From positions 1 to 39,754 of the IMG/VR virus record IMGVR_UViG_3300043244_000125: a DNA stretch of 39,754 nt. The stretch is one strand, 5' to 3'. The translations under genes were made by a program, and so were the position numbers. Positions 1 to 8,592 of this stretch are shown here, piece by piece (the first letter of the stretch is position 1; the number at the start of each line of letters is the position of its first letter). Under the pieces are notes generated by a model. That model worked only from the letters and a program-made list of their open reading frames with translations. It ran no database searches and had not been told where the DNA came from. This DNA is from a virus. Its lineage: Duplodnaviria > Caudoviricetes.

Positions 1-693
1 TCAAACCGCCTGACCAACCCAGATCGCGCGACCAATGAGGCGCAGCGCGTCCTCATCGGCCGGCCCTATTTCCTCGGGCGGATAGGCCGTGTTGTCGCTG
101 ATCACCTGGAGCGAGCGCAAGCCGCGACGCAGCCGCTTCAGGCGCAGTTCGTCGCCGAGCGCGAACGCCCAGATTCCGTCGGAAAAGCGCAGGTCGCGCC
201 CATCGACCAGGACGGCCGCCCCATCGCGGATCGTCGGCTCCATCGAATCGCCGCGGTTGTCGAGGACGAAGAGGCCGTTGCCGTCCGGCGCGCCCACCTT
301 GACCAACCAGTCGCGCGAGAACACGAGCGGATCGCGCTCCTCGGCCCGCTCCAGCCATGATCCAGGACCCGCGGACAGGTGCACGGCATAGCGCGTGATG
401 CGCACGAGCTCATGGCCGATCGGGTCCGGAACCCCTTCGCCCGTCGCAAGCCACTCGGCGTCGACCTTCAGCCCTTTCGCGAGGCTGAAAAGCGTCTGAG
501 CGCTCGGGGCCTTTCCTCTGAGATTTCCTTGAATCGCGCTGACGCTGACCCCTGTCAGTCGAGCTACCTCAGCGGGACCGCGACCGGACATCGCGAAGCG
601 AAGTCGATCCGGAAACGCGTCTACAGCCCCTTGACCGCTTTCTGCGGCGTCGTTATCCGTTTCTTCGGAACCGGTTGGGCGTTCTGTGGACAC
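1..693 (-). CDS. Phage repressor, HTH plus S24 (LexA/CI-like) peptidase domain
   Basis: N-terminal HTH (FPDRLRFAM...AEVARLTGVS...LAKGLKVDAEWLATGEG); Ala-Gly site (LSAGPG); catalytic Ser (GDSMEP) and Lys (LRLKRL). Confidence 0.92.
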   Translation of the reverse strand: MSTERPTGSEETDNDAAESGQGAVDAFPDRLRFAMSGRGPAEVARLTGVSVSAIQGNLRGKAPSAQTLFSLAKGLKVDAEWLATGEGVPDPIGHELVRITRYAVHLSAGPGSWLERAEERDPLVFSRDWLVKVGAPDGNGLFVLDNRGDSMEPTIRDGAAVLVDGRDLRFSDGIWAFALGDELRLKRLRRGLRSLQVISDNTAYPPEEIGPADEDALRLIGRAIWVGQAV

Positions 694-697
694 TCAA

Positions 698-994
698 ATG
701 CACCCCGAAGACATCAAGGCGGAACTCCGGAAGCGCCACGGCACGCTGAAGGCGTTTGAGGAGGCGCGTGGCTTGCCCCGCCTCAGCACCACCGACGTTC
801 TGCTGGGTCGCGGACGACCGGCGGTCGAAGCGGCGATCGCCCAAGAGCTCAACATGTCGATCGACCTCGTTTTTCCGTCGCGCCGCGGTCGGCGGCGCGG
901 CCGTCCCGCATCCGTGAAGACGGACTTTAAGCGCGCCCGGCCGGCGCGTCATCGTCAAAATCAGCCTCCCGTTTCGACAGGGGCCGGACGTTGA
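698..994 (+). CDS. ner: Ner/Nlp-like transcriptional regulator
   Basis: MHPEDIKAELRKRHGTL...EAAIAQEL...VFPSR matches the Ner pattern; divergent from the repressor, first gene of the early operon. Confidence 0.85.
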   Translation: MHPEDIKAELRKRHGTLKAFEEARGLPRLSTTDVLLGRGRPAVEAAIAQELNMSIDLVFPSRRGRRRGRPASVKTDFKRARPARHRQNQPPVSTGAGR

Positions 995-1422
995 GCGTGG
1001 CGTTGAACGCCGAGCGGCTGCTGGCGCATTGCGCGGCCCGGGCGCTGCAGCTGGGGCATTTGTTGGCGCGCGCGCACGGGCGGGCGGCGGCGTGGTACGC
1101 CGGCGTCGACCGGCTGGGCGCGGAAGCCGCCCAGCGCGCCGCGATCGACGCGACGCACGAGGGCCATGTGGCGTGCCTGACGGCGCGCCAGGAATGGCTG
1201 GACGCGTTCGCGGTCGCCGCCCTTGAAGACGCGGCGGCGGCCTGCATGGGCGCGGCGGAATGCGTCGACGTCCACACCGCCTGGGCGCGCACGGAAACGG
1301 ATCCGGCGGCGGCGACCCTGATGCTGGCCAAAGCCGACGAGGCGGCCCGCGCGCTGCGGGCGGCCGACGCGCCCGCGCCCCTCGACCTCTTCAAAACCTC
1401 GGAGACCCCCGATGCTGCGTGA
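991..1422 (+). CDS. Hypothetical early protein
   Basis: ORF overlapping the ner stop (TTGA); GC3-rich codon usage. Confidence 0.6.
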   Translation: MSVALNAERLLAHCAARALQLGHLLARAHGRAAAWYAGVDRLGAEAAQRAAIDATHEGHVACLTARQEWLDAFAVAALEDAAAACMGAAECVDVHTAWARTETDPAAATLMLAKADEAARALRAADAPAPLDLFKTSETPDAA

Positions 1423-1425
1423 CGC

Positions 1426-2340
1426 GTGCGCCTGGGCGACGATCTGCCTGATCGTCGCGATGATCTGGAGCCTGCCGCTGTGACGGGCGTGGCGTTCGAT
1501 CGCGACGTCGTGCCGATCGCCGAGATCGGCGCGGGCGACCGTCTGCGGCCCGTCGACGAGGCCGCCGTCGCCGCGATGATGGCGAGCCTCCAGGCCGAGG
1601 GGTTGATGCAGCCGATCGGCGTGATCTGGGAGGGCGCGCGCGCGTCGATCCATGAGGCGGCGCCCTACACGCTCGCGTGGGGGCTGCACCGGCTCGAAGC
1701 CGCGCGGCGGCTCGGCTGGACGGAGATCGAGGCGTCGGTGGTGCGGCGCAGCGCGCTCGCGCCCGGCGAGGCGGTCGCGCTGGAGGCGATGGAGAACCTC
1801 TCGCGCGCAGACCTCGCGCCCTATGACCGGGCGGTGGCGGTGGCTGCGCTGCGCGACGCGATGAAGACCTCGGCGAAGGGCGCGCGGTCGGTCGGCGGGT
1901 TCGAGGAAAGTGCAAACTTTGCACTTTCCGCGACCATCGAAACGCTGGCCGAGCGGCTGGGGCGCAGCGTTCGCAGCGTGAAGTACGACTTGGACCTCGC
2001 GGCCATCCTGCACCCCGCCACCGCCGCCGTGATGCGCGGGCGCGATGGATGGGACACGGCGACCGTCGTCGCCGCGTGCGCCCGCCTCGAGGCCGCCGAC
2101 CTCATCGCGTGGCTGGACGCCAATCCCGAGGGCGGCTTGCGGGACGCCTTGGGCGCGCTTTCGGCGCGCTCGACCGTCGCGTCCGATTTCTCGAAGCGAT
2201 CGACGCTCGCTTTCGGCCGGATCAAAGACCCAAAGGTTCGGGTCGAGACAGCGCTGGCAATCGTCCAGTCGCTGACCGCGCGCGAGCGGTTCGAGCTCCT
2301 CGGGCATTTGAAGCCGGAGGCGATCGATGACGCGGCGTGA
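1426..2340 (+). CDS. ParB/Srx N-terminal domain protein with HTH (start may be GTG 1480)
   Basis: RLRPVD...SLQAEGLMQPIGV...GLHRLEAARRLGW...ENLSRADL; later HTH (LAERLGRSVRSV); GGAG precedes GTG 1480. Confidence 0.85.
   Translation: MRLGDDLPDRRDDLEPAAVTGVAFDRDVVPIAEIGAGDRLRPVDEAAVAAMMASLQAEGLMQPIGVIWEGARASIHEAAPYTLAWGLHRLEAARRLGWTEIEASVVRRSALAPGEAVALEAMENLSRADLAPYDRAVAVAALRDAMKTSAKGARSVGGFEESANFALSATIETLAERLGRSVRSVKYDLDLAAILHPATAAVMRGRDGWDTATVVAACARLEAADLIAWLDANPEGGLRDALGALSARSTVASDFSKRSTLAFGRIKDPKVRVETALAIVQSLTARERFELLGHLKPEAIDDAA
1905..1929. promoter_or_regulatory. Perfect 12-bp inverted repeat inside the parB-like gene (candidate binding site)
   Basis: GGAAAGTGCAAA-C-TTTGCACTTTCC, AT-rich within a very GC-rich ORF. 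Confidence 0.5.
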
Positions 2341-2358
2341 GCGCGAAGGCGCGCGCGC

Positions 2359-2628
2359 ATGAGCACGCTCGCCAACCTTCAGGCGCTGCGGGCGCAGGGC
2401 CTCAGCCACGCCGAGATCGCGGCGGCGACGGGCCTGACGCGCAGCACGGTGCTGGGCCGTCTGTGGCGGGCCGCGCGCAAGGCCGCGCGGGCGACCCGGC
2501 GCGACGAGGGAACGTCGCCGCCCCTCACGCCCGCCCAGATCGACGCGCTGGTGTGGGCGCGCGTCGCGGCCCGCCGCGCCGCCCTGGGCCGCACCGGCGC
2601 GCCCTGGTGGCGGGAGGCCGGCCGATGA
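2359..2628 (+). CDS. Small HTH protein resembling the GcrA N-terminal domain
   Basis: LQALRAQGLSHAEIAAATGLTRSTVLGRLWR resembles the GcrA pattern L..LW..GLSASQIA..LG.TRNAVIGK.HR. Confidence 0.65.
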   Translation: MSTLANLQALRAQGLSHAEIAAATGLTRSTVLGRLWRAARKAARATRRDEGTSPPLTPAQIDALVWARVAARRAALGRTGAPWWREAGR

Positions 2629-3098
2629 GCCGCCCGTCCAAGCGCCGCGCGGTCGAGGATCCGCGCCAGACCGCCTTCACCTTCGATGTGGCGCCCGTGG
2701 TCGACACGTCGCCCGGCGCGCTCGCCGGGCTTGATCGGCGCATCTCCGGCTTCGTCAGCCGGGTGTTGAAGGAATATCCGCGGCCGCGCGAGGTCGCGGC
2801 CGCCGAGATGAGCGCGCTTCTGGCCGAAGACGTCTCGAAGGCGATGCTGGATCAGTACGCCGCGCCTTCGGCGGAGGCCCACAACATCAGCGCGGCGCGC
2901 CTTCTGGCGCTCCTGGCGGCGGTGGGCCGTCCCGACCTCTTGGACACGCTGACGCAGGCGATCGGCGCGCGCGTCCTTTGCGGCGACGAGTTCTGGGCGG
3001 CGCGGCTTGGCAGCCTCGAGGCCCAGAAGCGAAACCTCGAAGCCGAGATCCGCACGGCCCGCCTGCGCGCCGTCCCGATTCGAGGGACGCGCGCATGA
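2625..3098 (+). CDS. Mu-like early protein preceding the transposase
   Basis: ATGA overlaps on both sides; VSKAMLDQYAAPSAEAHNIS motif recalled from genes upstream of A in related phages. Confidence 0.7.
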   Translation: MSRPSKRRAVEDPRQTAFTFDVAPVVDTSPGALAGLDRRISGFVSRVLKEYPRPREVAAAEMSALLAEDVSKAMLDQYAAPSAEAHNISAARLLALLAAVGRPDLLDTLTQAIGARVLCGDEFWAARLGSLEAQKRNLEAEIRTARLRAVPIRGTRA

Positions 3099-5143
3099 GC
3101 TGGATGAGCGCGGCCGAGATCGCGGCGGCGAAGCTGCCATGCTTGCCCCAGACCAAGCAGGGCGTCATCGCCATCGCGCTGCGCGAAGGCTGGGCGACGC
3201 GGCGCGACCGGCGCGGCCGGCCGCTGCACCGCGAGCGGGCCGGGCGCGGCGGCGGGCGGGAATGGCACGTGGGGGTGCTGCCCGGCCCCGCGCAGCTGGA
3301 GCTGGCCAAGCGGGCCGCGGCGGCGGGCCGGCTGGCCGGCGCGCCGGTGGAGGCGCTGTTGAAGCCCGCGGCGGAGGCGACGCCCGCCTTGGCGCCGACG
3401 CGCCCGAGCGAGGCCGAGGAGGCGGCGTGGGAAGCCTTCCTGCGCTTGCCCGCCAAGACGCGCGGGGAGGCGCAGCGCCGACTTCAGGTGCTGGCCGAGG
3501 TGGCGATCTTCACCCCGACGCTGGGCCGGGACGGCGCGGTCCGGCACGTCGCGGCCACGAGCGAGCCCCGGATCGCGCCCTCGACGATCTGGACCTGGAT
3601 CGAGCGGACGCGGGGCCTTGCCGCCCACATGCGCATCACGGCGCTGGCGGACCGGCCGAAGGGGCGGCCGGCGCGCGCCCCGATCGACGCGCGGGCGTTC
3701 GACCTCTTCAAGAGCGACTGGCTGCGCACGAGCCAGCCGACCTATCAGCAGAGCTTCCGCGCCGTCCAGGCGGTGGCGGCCAAGCAGGGGTGGCCGGTTC
3801 CCGCGCTCAAGACGATGGTCCGGCGCCTGCACGAGGAGGTGCCCGCCCGCACGATTTTGCTGGCGCGCCTCGGCCCGAAGGCGCTCGCGGCGAGCTTTCC
3901 CCATCAGACGCGCGACCGGACCGCCTTCAAGGCGATGGAGCACGTGTGCGCGGACGGGCACAAATGGGATTTCTGGGTCACGCACCCGACCACGGGCAAG
4001 CCCGTGCGCCCGATCTCGATCGTCTGGCAGGACCTCTATTCCAACAAGATCCTGTCGATCCGCCACGGCGTCGGCGAAGGGGCCCATCTGGTGCAGCTCG
4101 CGCTGCACGACATGGTGCGCGACCACGGGGCGCCCGATCACGCCTGGCTCGACAACGGGCGCGGCTTCGCGGCCAAGGGGATCACGGGCGGGGCGTCGCA
4201 TCGGCACCGGTTCAAGCCCAAGGCGGACGATCCCGAAGGCCTGCTCGTGCAGCTGGGCGTCGAGGTCCATTGGTCGACGGTCGCGCATGGTCAGGCCAAG
4301 CCGATCGAGCGGGCGTTCGGCGATTTCGCGCGCGACATCAGCCGGCACTCGGCCTTCGAAGGGGCCTACACGGGCAATCGGCCGGACCGGAAGCCCGAAG
4401 GCGCGAGCCCGGCCAAAGCGGTCGACTGGGAGACCTTCGAGCGGATCGTCGCGGAAGGCGTGGCCGCGCACAATGCGCGCGCCGGCCGACGCACGGCGGT
4501 GTGCGGGGGCACGCTGTCGTTCGACGCGGCCTTCGAAGCGTCCTTCGCCACGCGCCTCGCCGCGATCCCGACCGCGGCCCAGCTGCGCGCCATGCTGCTG
4601 GCGGCCGAGCCGGTCACCGTGCGCCGCCCCGACGGGTCGGTGTTCCTGGCCGGCAATCGCTATTGGGCGGAGCCCTTGGCCTGTCGCATGGGCGAAAAGG
4701 TCGTGCTGCGCGCCGATCCCGACGCGCTGTGGGAGCCGGTGTCGGTCCACGCGCTCGACGGGGCGTGGATCTGCGACGCCGAATGCGTCGAGGCGACCGG
4801 CTTCGCCGATCAAGCGGCCGCGCGGCGTCACGCCCAGGCCAAGCGCGCCCTCATCAAGGCGACCAAGGCCCATCTGGAGGCGACCCGCCCGCATGCGCCG
4901 AGCGAAGTGGCCGCCATCGTGCTGGCCGATCCCCTCGATTTGCCCGAACCGCCCAAGCCCGCGGCCCGGCGTCTCGCCACGGGGCTGGCGGCCGCCGCGC
5001 CGCGCCCGGCCGCCGTCGCCGAGCATGACGCCCTCCTCGATTTCTACGCGGCCCACACCGAGCGCGCCTCGCGCGCGCACCTGCGCCTCGTGTCCGACCT
5101 CCCGGCGGGATCGCTTCCCCCGGGCGACCCCGCCGCCGGGTGA
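3095..5143 (+). CDS. MuA-like DDE transposase
   Basis: N-terminal Mu HTH (WMSAAEIA...LP.TKQGV...REGW); DDE motifs CADGHKWD, WLDNGRGF, AKPIERAFGD; C-terminal GNRYW...LRADPD. Confidence 0.96.
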   Translation: MSWMSAAEIAAAKLPCLPQTKQGVIAIALREGWATRRDRRGRPLHRERAGRGGGREWHVGVLPGPAQLELAKRAAAAGRLAGAPVEALLKPAAEATPALAPTRPSEAEEAAWEAFLRLPAKTRGEAQRRLQVLAEVAIFTPTLGRDGAVRHVAATSEPRIAPSTIWTWIERTRGLAAHMRITALADRPKGRPARAPIDARAFDLFKSDWLRTSQPTYQQSFRAVQAVAAKQGWPVPALKTMVRRLHEEVPARTILLARLGPKALAASFPHQTRDRTAFKAMEHVCADGHKWDFWVTHPTTGKPVRPISIVWQDLYSNKILSIRHGVGEGAHLVQLALHDMVRDHGAPDHAWLDNGRGFAAKGITGGASHRHRFKPKADDPEGLLVQLGVEVHWSTVAHGQAKPIERAFGDFARDISRHSAFEGAYTGNRPDRKPEGASPAKAVDWETFERIVAEGVAAHNARAGRRTAVCGGTLSFDAAFEASFATRLAAIPTAAQLRAMLLAAEPVTVRRPDGSVFLAGNRYWAEPLACRMGEKVVLRADPDALWEPVSVHALDGAWICDAECVEATGFADQAAARRHAQAKRALIKATKAHLEATRPHAPSEVAAIVLADPLDLPEPPKPAARRLATGLAAAAPRPAAVAEHDALLDFYAAHTERASRAHLRLVSDLPAGSLPPGDPAAG

Positions 5144-5152
5144 GCGGCCAAC

Positions 5153-5181
5153 AAAAAGCCCCGCCGGATGACCGGCAGGGC
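5153..5181 (-). terminator. Intrinsic terminator-like hairpin on the minus strand between A and B
   Basis: Minus strand reads GCCCTGCCGG-TCAT-CCGGCGGGGC-TTTTT. Confidence 0.55.
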
Positions 5182-5189
5182 GGAAGGAG

Positions 5190-6182
5190 ATGGAGTTCAT
5201 GAATACCTTGACCATCGTGAGCGACGCAAGCCCGGTCGACGTCGACGCGATCCGCGCGGCCGTGCTCGAGGCGCTCAAGACCGACGGGTTGACGCGCAAG
5301 CAGATCGCGCTGGAGGCCGGGGTCCCCGAGGGCACGTTCGGGCCGTTCCTCGCCGGCAGTTACGCGGGCGACAACGAACGCGTCGCCCGTCAGGCGGGCC
5401 GCTGGCTCGACCTGCGCGCCGAACGGCGGTCGCAGGCCGAGGTCATGCCGAGCGCGCCCACGTGGCAGGAGACGCCGACCGCGCGGCGGATCATGGGGAT
5501 GCTGTCGCGCGCCCAGACCACCGGCGATCTGGTCGTGATCGGCGCGGGGCCGGGCGTCGGCAAGACGGCGACGTGCGGCCATTATCGCGCGACGCGGCCC
5601 AACGTCTGGGTGGCCGCGATGCGCCCCTCGACCCGGGGCGTCAACACTTGCCTGGTCGCGGTTCTGACCGCCATGGGCGAGGTCGCGGCCAAGGGGACGC
5701 CCCAGGCGCTGGCCGACCGGATCATCCAGAAGGTCCAAGGGGCGGGCGCGCTGCTCATCATCGACGAGGCCCAGCAACTCTCGGTCCAGGCGGTCGAGGA
5801 GCTGCGCGCGATACACGACATCACCGGCTGCGGCCTCGCGTTCGTCGGCGACGAGCGACTGTGGACGATCTTCGGCGGGTCACGATCAGGGGAATACGCC
5901 CAGCTTTCTTCGCGCATCGGTTTCCGGCTGCGGCAGACCCGCCCCGTGCCGGACGACGCCGCGATCGTCGCCCGCGCGCACGGGATCGAGGACCCCCGCG
6001 TCATCGCGCTCGCGACGGAAATCGCGAGCAAGCCGGGGGCTCTGCGCGGCCTCACCAAGGTGTTGCTCATCGCGCGGCAGACCGCGGCGCTGTCGCGCGA
6101 GCCCATCACCGAACGCTCGGTCCGCGCCGCCTGGTCGATGCTGGCGCCCGATCAGGCCGGCCCCGCCGGCGCCCAGGCGTGA
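5190..6182 (+). CDS. MuB-like AAA+ transposition ATPase
   Basis: N-terminal HTH; Walker A GPGVGKT; Walker B LLIIDEAQ; QLSSRIG; directly follows MuA. Confidence 0.95.
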   Translation: MEFMNTLTIVSDASPVDVDAIRAAVLEALKTDGLTRKQIALEAGVPEGTFGPFLAGSYAGDNERVARQAGRWLDLRAERRSQAEVMPSAPTWQETPTARRIMGMLSRAQTTGDLVVIGAGPGVGKTATCGHYRATRPNVWVAAMRPSTRGVNTCLVAVLTAMGEVAAKGTPQALADRIIQKVQGAGALLIIDEAQQLSVQAVEELRAIHDITGCGLAFVGDERLWTIFGGSRSGEYAQLSSRIGFRLRQTRPVPDDAAIVARAHGIEDPRVIALATEIASKPGALRGLTKVLLIARQTAALSREPITERSVRAAWSMLAPDQAGPAGAQA

Positions 6183-6192
6183 GGAGGCGGTC

Positions 6193-6477
6193 ATGAACTC
6201 CATCGCTCAAACCGAAGGCGAGCTGCGGGCCATGGCCGAGCGTCTCGACGACCACGTCAGCGCCCTCTCCAGCGCGGAAGGGTGCAAGACCTTGGACGTG
6301 CTCGACGCGCTCGTGATGATGGAGCGGCTCTGCCAGGCCGCGGACTTCCTGCAATCGGCGTCGCGCGCGCTCGGGTTCCTCAGCACGCAGGGACGGCGCG
6401 CCCGCGAGACAGCGGGTCCGACCCTGGTCGTGGACAACACCGCGACCCTCGTTCCGACCTCGGGAGATGCGGCATGA
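6193..6477 (+). CDS. Hypothetical protein
   Basis: GAGGAGG RBS; coupled to next ORF. Confidence 0.65.
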   Translation: MNSIAQTEGELRAMAERLDDHVSALSSAEGCKTLDVLDALVMMERLCQAADFLQSASRALGFLSTQGRRARETAGPTLVVDNTATLVPTSGDAA

Positions 6478-6689
6478 TCGCGTGGCTCCTGATCGCCGGA
6501 CCGCTGGTCGCCGCCGCCGGCCTGCTGGCCGCGATGGCCGCGGCGCGCATCGCGGACCGGGCCGAGGCCGAATGCCGCTGGGCGGACGCGCTGACCGCCC
6601 AAGGGTTCGGCGCCGTGGCGCTGTGGGGCGGATCCTTGGGCGGCGGAACGCTTCTGGCCGTCGGCCTGTTCACGGCGGCGCTGTCATGA
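6474..6689 (+). CDS. Small two-TM membrane protein
   Basis: MIAWLLIAGPLVAAAGLL... and a hydrophobic C-terminus; ATGA overlaps. Confidence 0.6.
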   Translation: MIAWLLIAGPLVAAAGLLAAMAAARIADRAEAECRWADALTAQGFGAVALWGGSLGGGTLLAVGLFTAALS

Positions 6690-7090
6690 GCGCGCTCGTC
6701 CTGCATTCCTGCGAGGGGCCGCTGGCGCCGGACGACGTCGCGCCCCGTCTGACCGTGCCCGACGTGCTGGCCGCGGTGTGCGACGTCTGGGCGGTGGCGC
6801 CCGCCGCCGTGCTCGCGCGGCGCGTGCGAACGGGCGGCGTCGGCCGGGCGCGCGAAGCGGCCTGCCTGCTTGCGGCCGACCTGCTGGGGCGGTCGACCAC
6901 GCAGATCGGCCGGGCGATGGGCGGGCGGGATCACACGACGATCGGCCACGCCCTGGCCCAGGCGCGCGCGCGGACGCTGGATCCGCATCAGGACGCGTGG
7001 CGCGAGCGCCTGCACCTGTCGGCGATGCGGCTGGGCCGCGCATGGCCGCCCGCGTCTCCGCCTCTGGCTTCGGAAGGGAGGGCGGCATGA
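6686..7090 (+). CDS. DnaA C-terminal (domain IV)-like HTH protein
   Basis: VLAAVCDVW...AREAACLLA...STTQIGRAMGGRDHTTIGHA matches the DnaA_C signature GGRDHTTV.HA. Confidence 0.85.
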   Translation: MSALVLHSCEGPLAPDDVAPRLTVPDVLAAVCDVWAVAPAAVLARRVRTGGVGRAREAACLLAADLLGRSTTQIGRAMGGRDHTTIGHALAQARARTLDPHQDAWRERLHLSAMRLGRAWPPASPPLASEGRAA

Positions 7091-7374
7091 GCGAGATCGT
7101 GCCCTTCCCCGGCGGCGCGCCCATGAATCTCGTCGCCCAAGCCGTCGAGCATGACGAGGCGCGTCGGGCGGCGCTCGACGGCGCGCTTCAAACCGGCCTC
7201 GCGACCCTTGGGGACGCGGAAGCCGCCTTGCGCGCGATCGCGCGCGCCGACGCCGCGGTCCCGCCCGCCGCGATCCACCAATTGGGCGTGGCCTTGGCCG
7301 CGCTCGAAAGCGCGCGCCGCGCCGCCCAGTCGGCCGGCCGCTCCATTCAAGCCCCGCAAAGGAGACAGGATTGA
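7087..7374 (+). CDS. Hypothetical protein
   Basis: Coupled ORF with GGAGG RBS (MSEIVPFPGG...). Confidence 0.6.
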   Translation: MSEIVPFPGGAPMNLVAQAVEHDEARRAALDGALQTGLATLGDAEAALRAIARADAAVPPAAIHQLGVALAALESARRAAQSAGRSIQAPQRRQD

Positions 7375-8078
7375 CCCACGCAGAAGACATTTCGGCGGAC
7401 GGCCGTTCGGGCGTGCGCCCGGCGACCCTGCCCGGCGGCGTCGAGACGATCGGCGCCAAGGTCTATTGGCGCGACGCGCGCGGCGCGCTGGTGCCGGCCG
7501 AGCTCGTGAAGGCGCAGGATCAGCTGCAGGACGAGGTCGTGCGCAAGGTGATGGGCTACGCGGTCGCGCTGTCGGAACAGATCGCCCGCTTCCGCGGCCA
7601 CACGTTCGAGGATTTGAACGGGTTCCAAAGCCTGCTCGACCAGCATTACGGCGGCAAGGCCGGCGGCAAGAAGGGCAACGTGTCCTTCGTCTCCTACGAC
7701 GGCACGCTCAAAGTGCAGGTCCAGATCGCCGATCAGCTTTCGTTCGGCCCCGAGCTGCAGGCGGCCAAGAAGCAGATCGACGCGTGCCTCACCGAATGGG
7801 GCGCGGAAAGCCACGAAGTCATCCGCGCGCTCGTCAACCGCGTGTTCAACGTCGACAAGGAAGGCGAGGTCGACCGCTCCGCCCTCTTCGAGCTTTTGCG
7901 GCTCGAAGTCGAAGACGAGCGGTGGCTCTCGGCCATGGCGGCGGTGCGCGATTCGATCCGCGTGATCGGGTCGAAGGAATACGTCCGCTTCTACCGCCGC
8001 GACCGGGTCGAGGATGCGTGGCGCGCGGTCACGATCGACATCGCCTCGGCCGGCGCCGGCGCGGGGGGCGGGCGATGA
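7371..8078 (+). CDS. DUF3164 family protein
   Basis: YWRDARGALVP...GGKKGNVSFVSYDG...FGPELQAAK..ID.CL.EW...GSKEYVRFYRR. Confidence 0.9.
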   Translation: MTHAEDISADGRSGVRPATLPGGVETIGAKVYWRDARGALVPAELVKAQDQLQDEVVRKVMGYAVALSEQIARFRGHTFEDLNGFQSLLDQHYGGKAGGKKGNVSFVSYDGTLKVQVQIADQLSFGPELQAAKKQIDACLTEWGAESHEVIRALVNRVFNVDKEGEVDRSALFELLRLEVEDERWLSAMAAVRDSIRVIGSKEYVRFYRRDRVEDAWRAVTIDIASAGAGAGGGR

Positions 8079-8326
8079 GCGCGCCCGACGTCGATCCGAC
8101 CGCGACCGTCGCGGCGGTGCTGGCCAAACTCGTCGAGCAGGCGATGGGCGTCCTTGACGATCTGGGCGAGGACATCGTCATCGATCTGACCCTGGTCGAG
8201 TTCGGACCGTCGGCGGCGTTCCATCCGGGCATGAGCGCGTCGGAGATCGTCGGCCTCGCCGTCGATCTCATGAAGCGCACGTGGCCGGAGCGGTTCGGCG
8301 CCGCCGCCGCCGGGGGCGCGTCATGA
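8075..8326 (+). CDS. Hypothetical protein
   Basis: ATGA-coupled ORF (MSAPDVDPT...). Confidence 0.6.
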   Translation: MSAPDVDPTATVAAVLAKLVEQAMGVLDDLGEDIVIDLTLVEFGPSAAFHPGMSASEIVGLAVDLMKRTWPERFGAAAAGGAS

Positions 8327-8592
8327 TCGGCGAGGCGCGCCCGATGGCGGCGGGCGAGCCCGCCTTGCTGCAGGAGGCCTTCGCGCTCGAGGCCTGGCAC
8401 GGGGCGGCGCTGTCGGCGCACGAGCGCGCGATGATCCATGATCTGGCGGCCCGCTTCATCGCCATGGGCTCGGCCATGCGCGTGACGGCCGACGAGATCG
8501 CCACGCTCGAAGAGGCGGCGCGCGCCTTGCGGGCCGCGGACGCGGCCTTCGAGGCCGGGCCGCCGCCGGTCGTCGTGCGGAGCCGCGCATGA
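8323..8592 (+). CDS. Hypothetical protein
   Basis: ATGA-coupled ORF (MIGEARPM...). Confidence 0.6.
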   Translation: MIGEARPMAAGEPALLQEAFALEAWHGAALSAHERAMIHDLAARFIAMGSAMRVTADEIATLEEAARALRAADAAFEAGPPPVVVRSRA

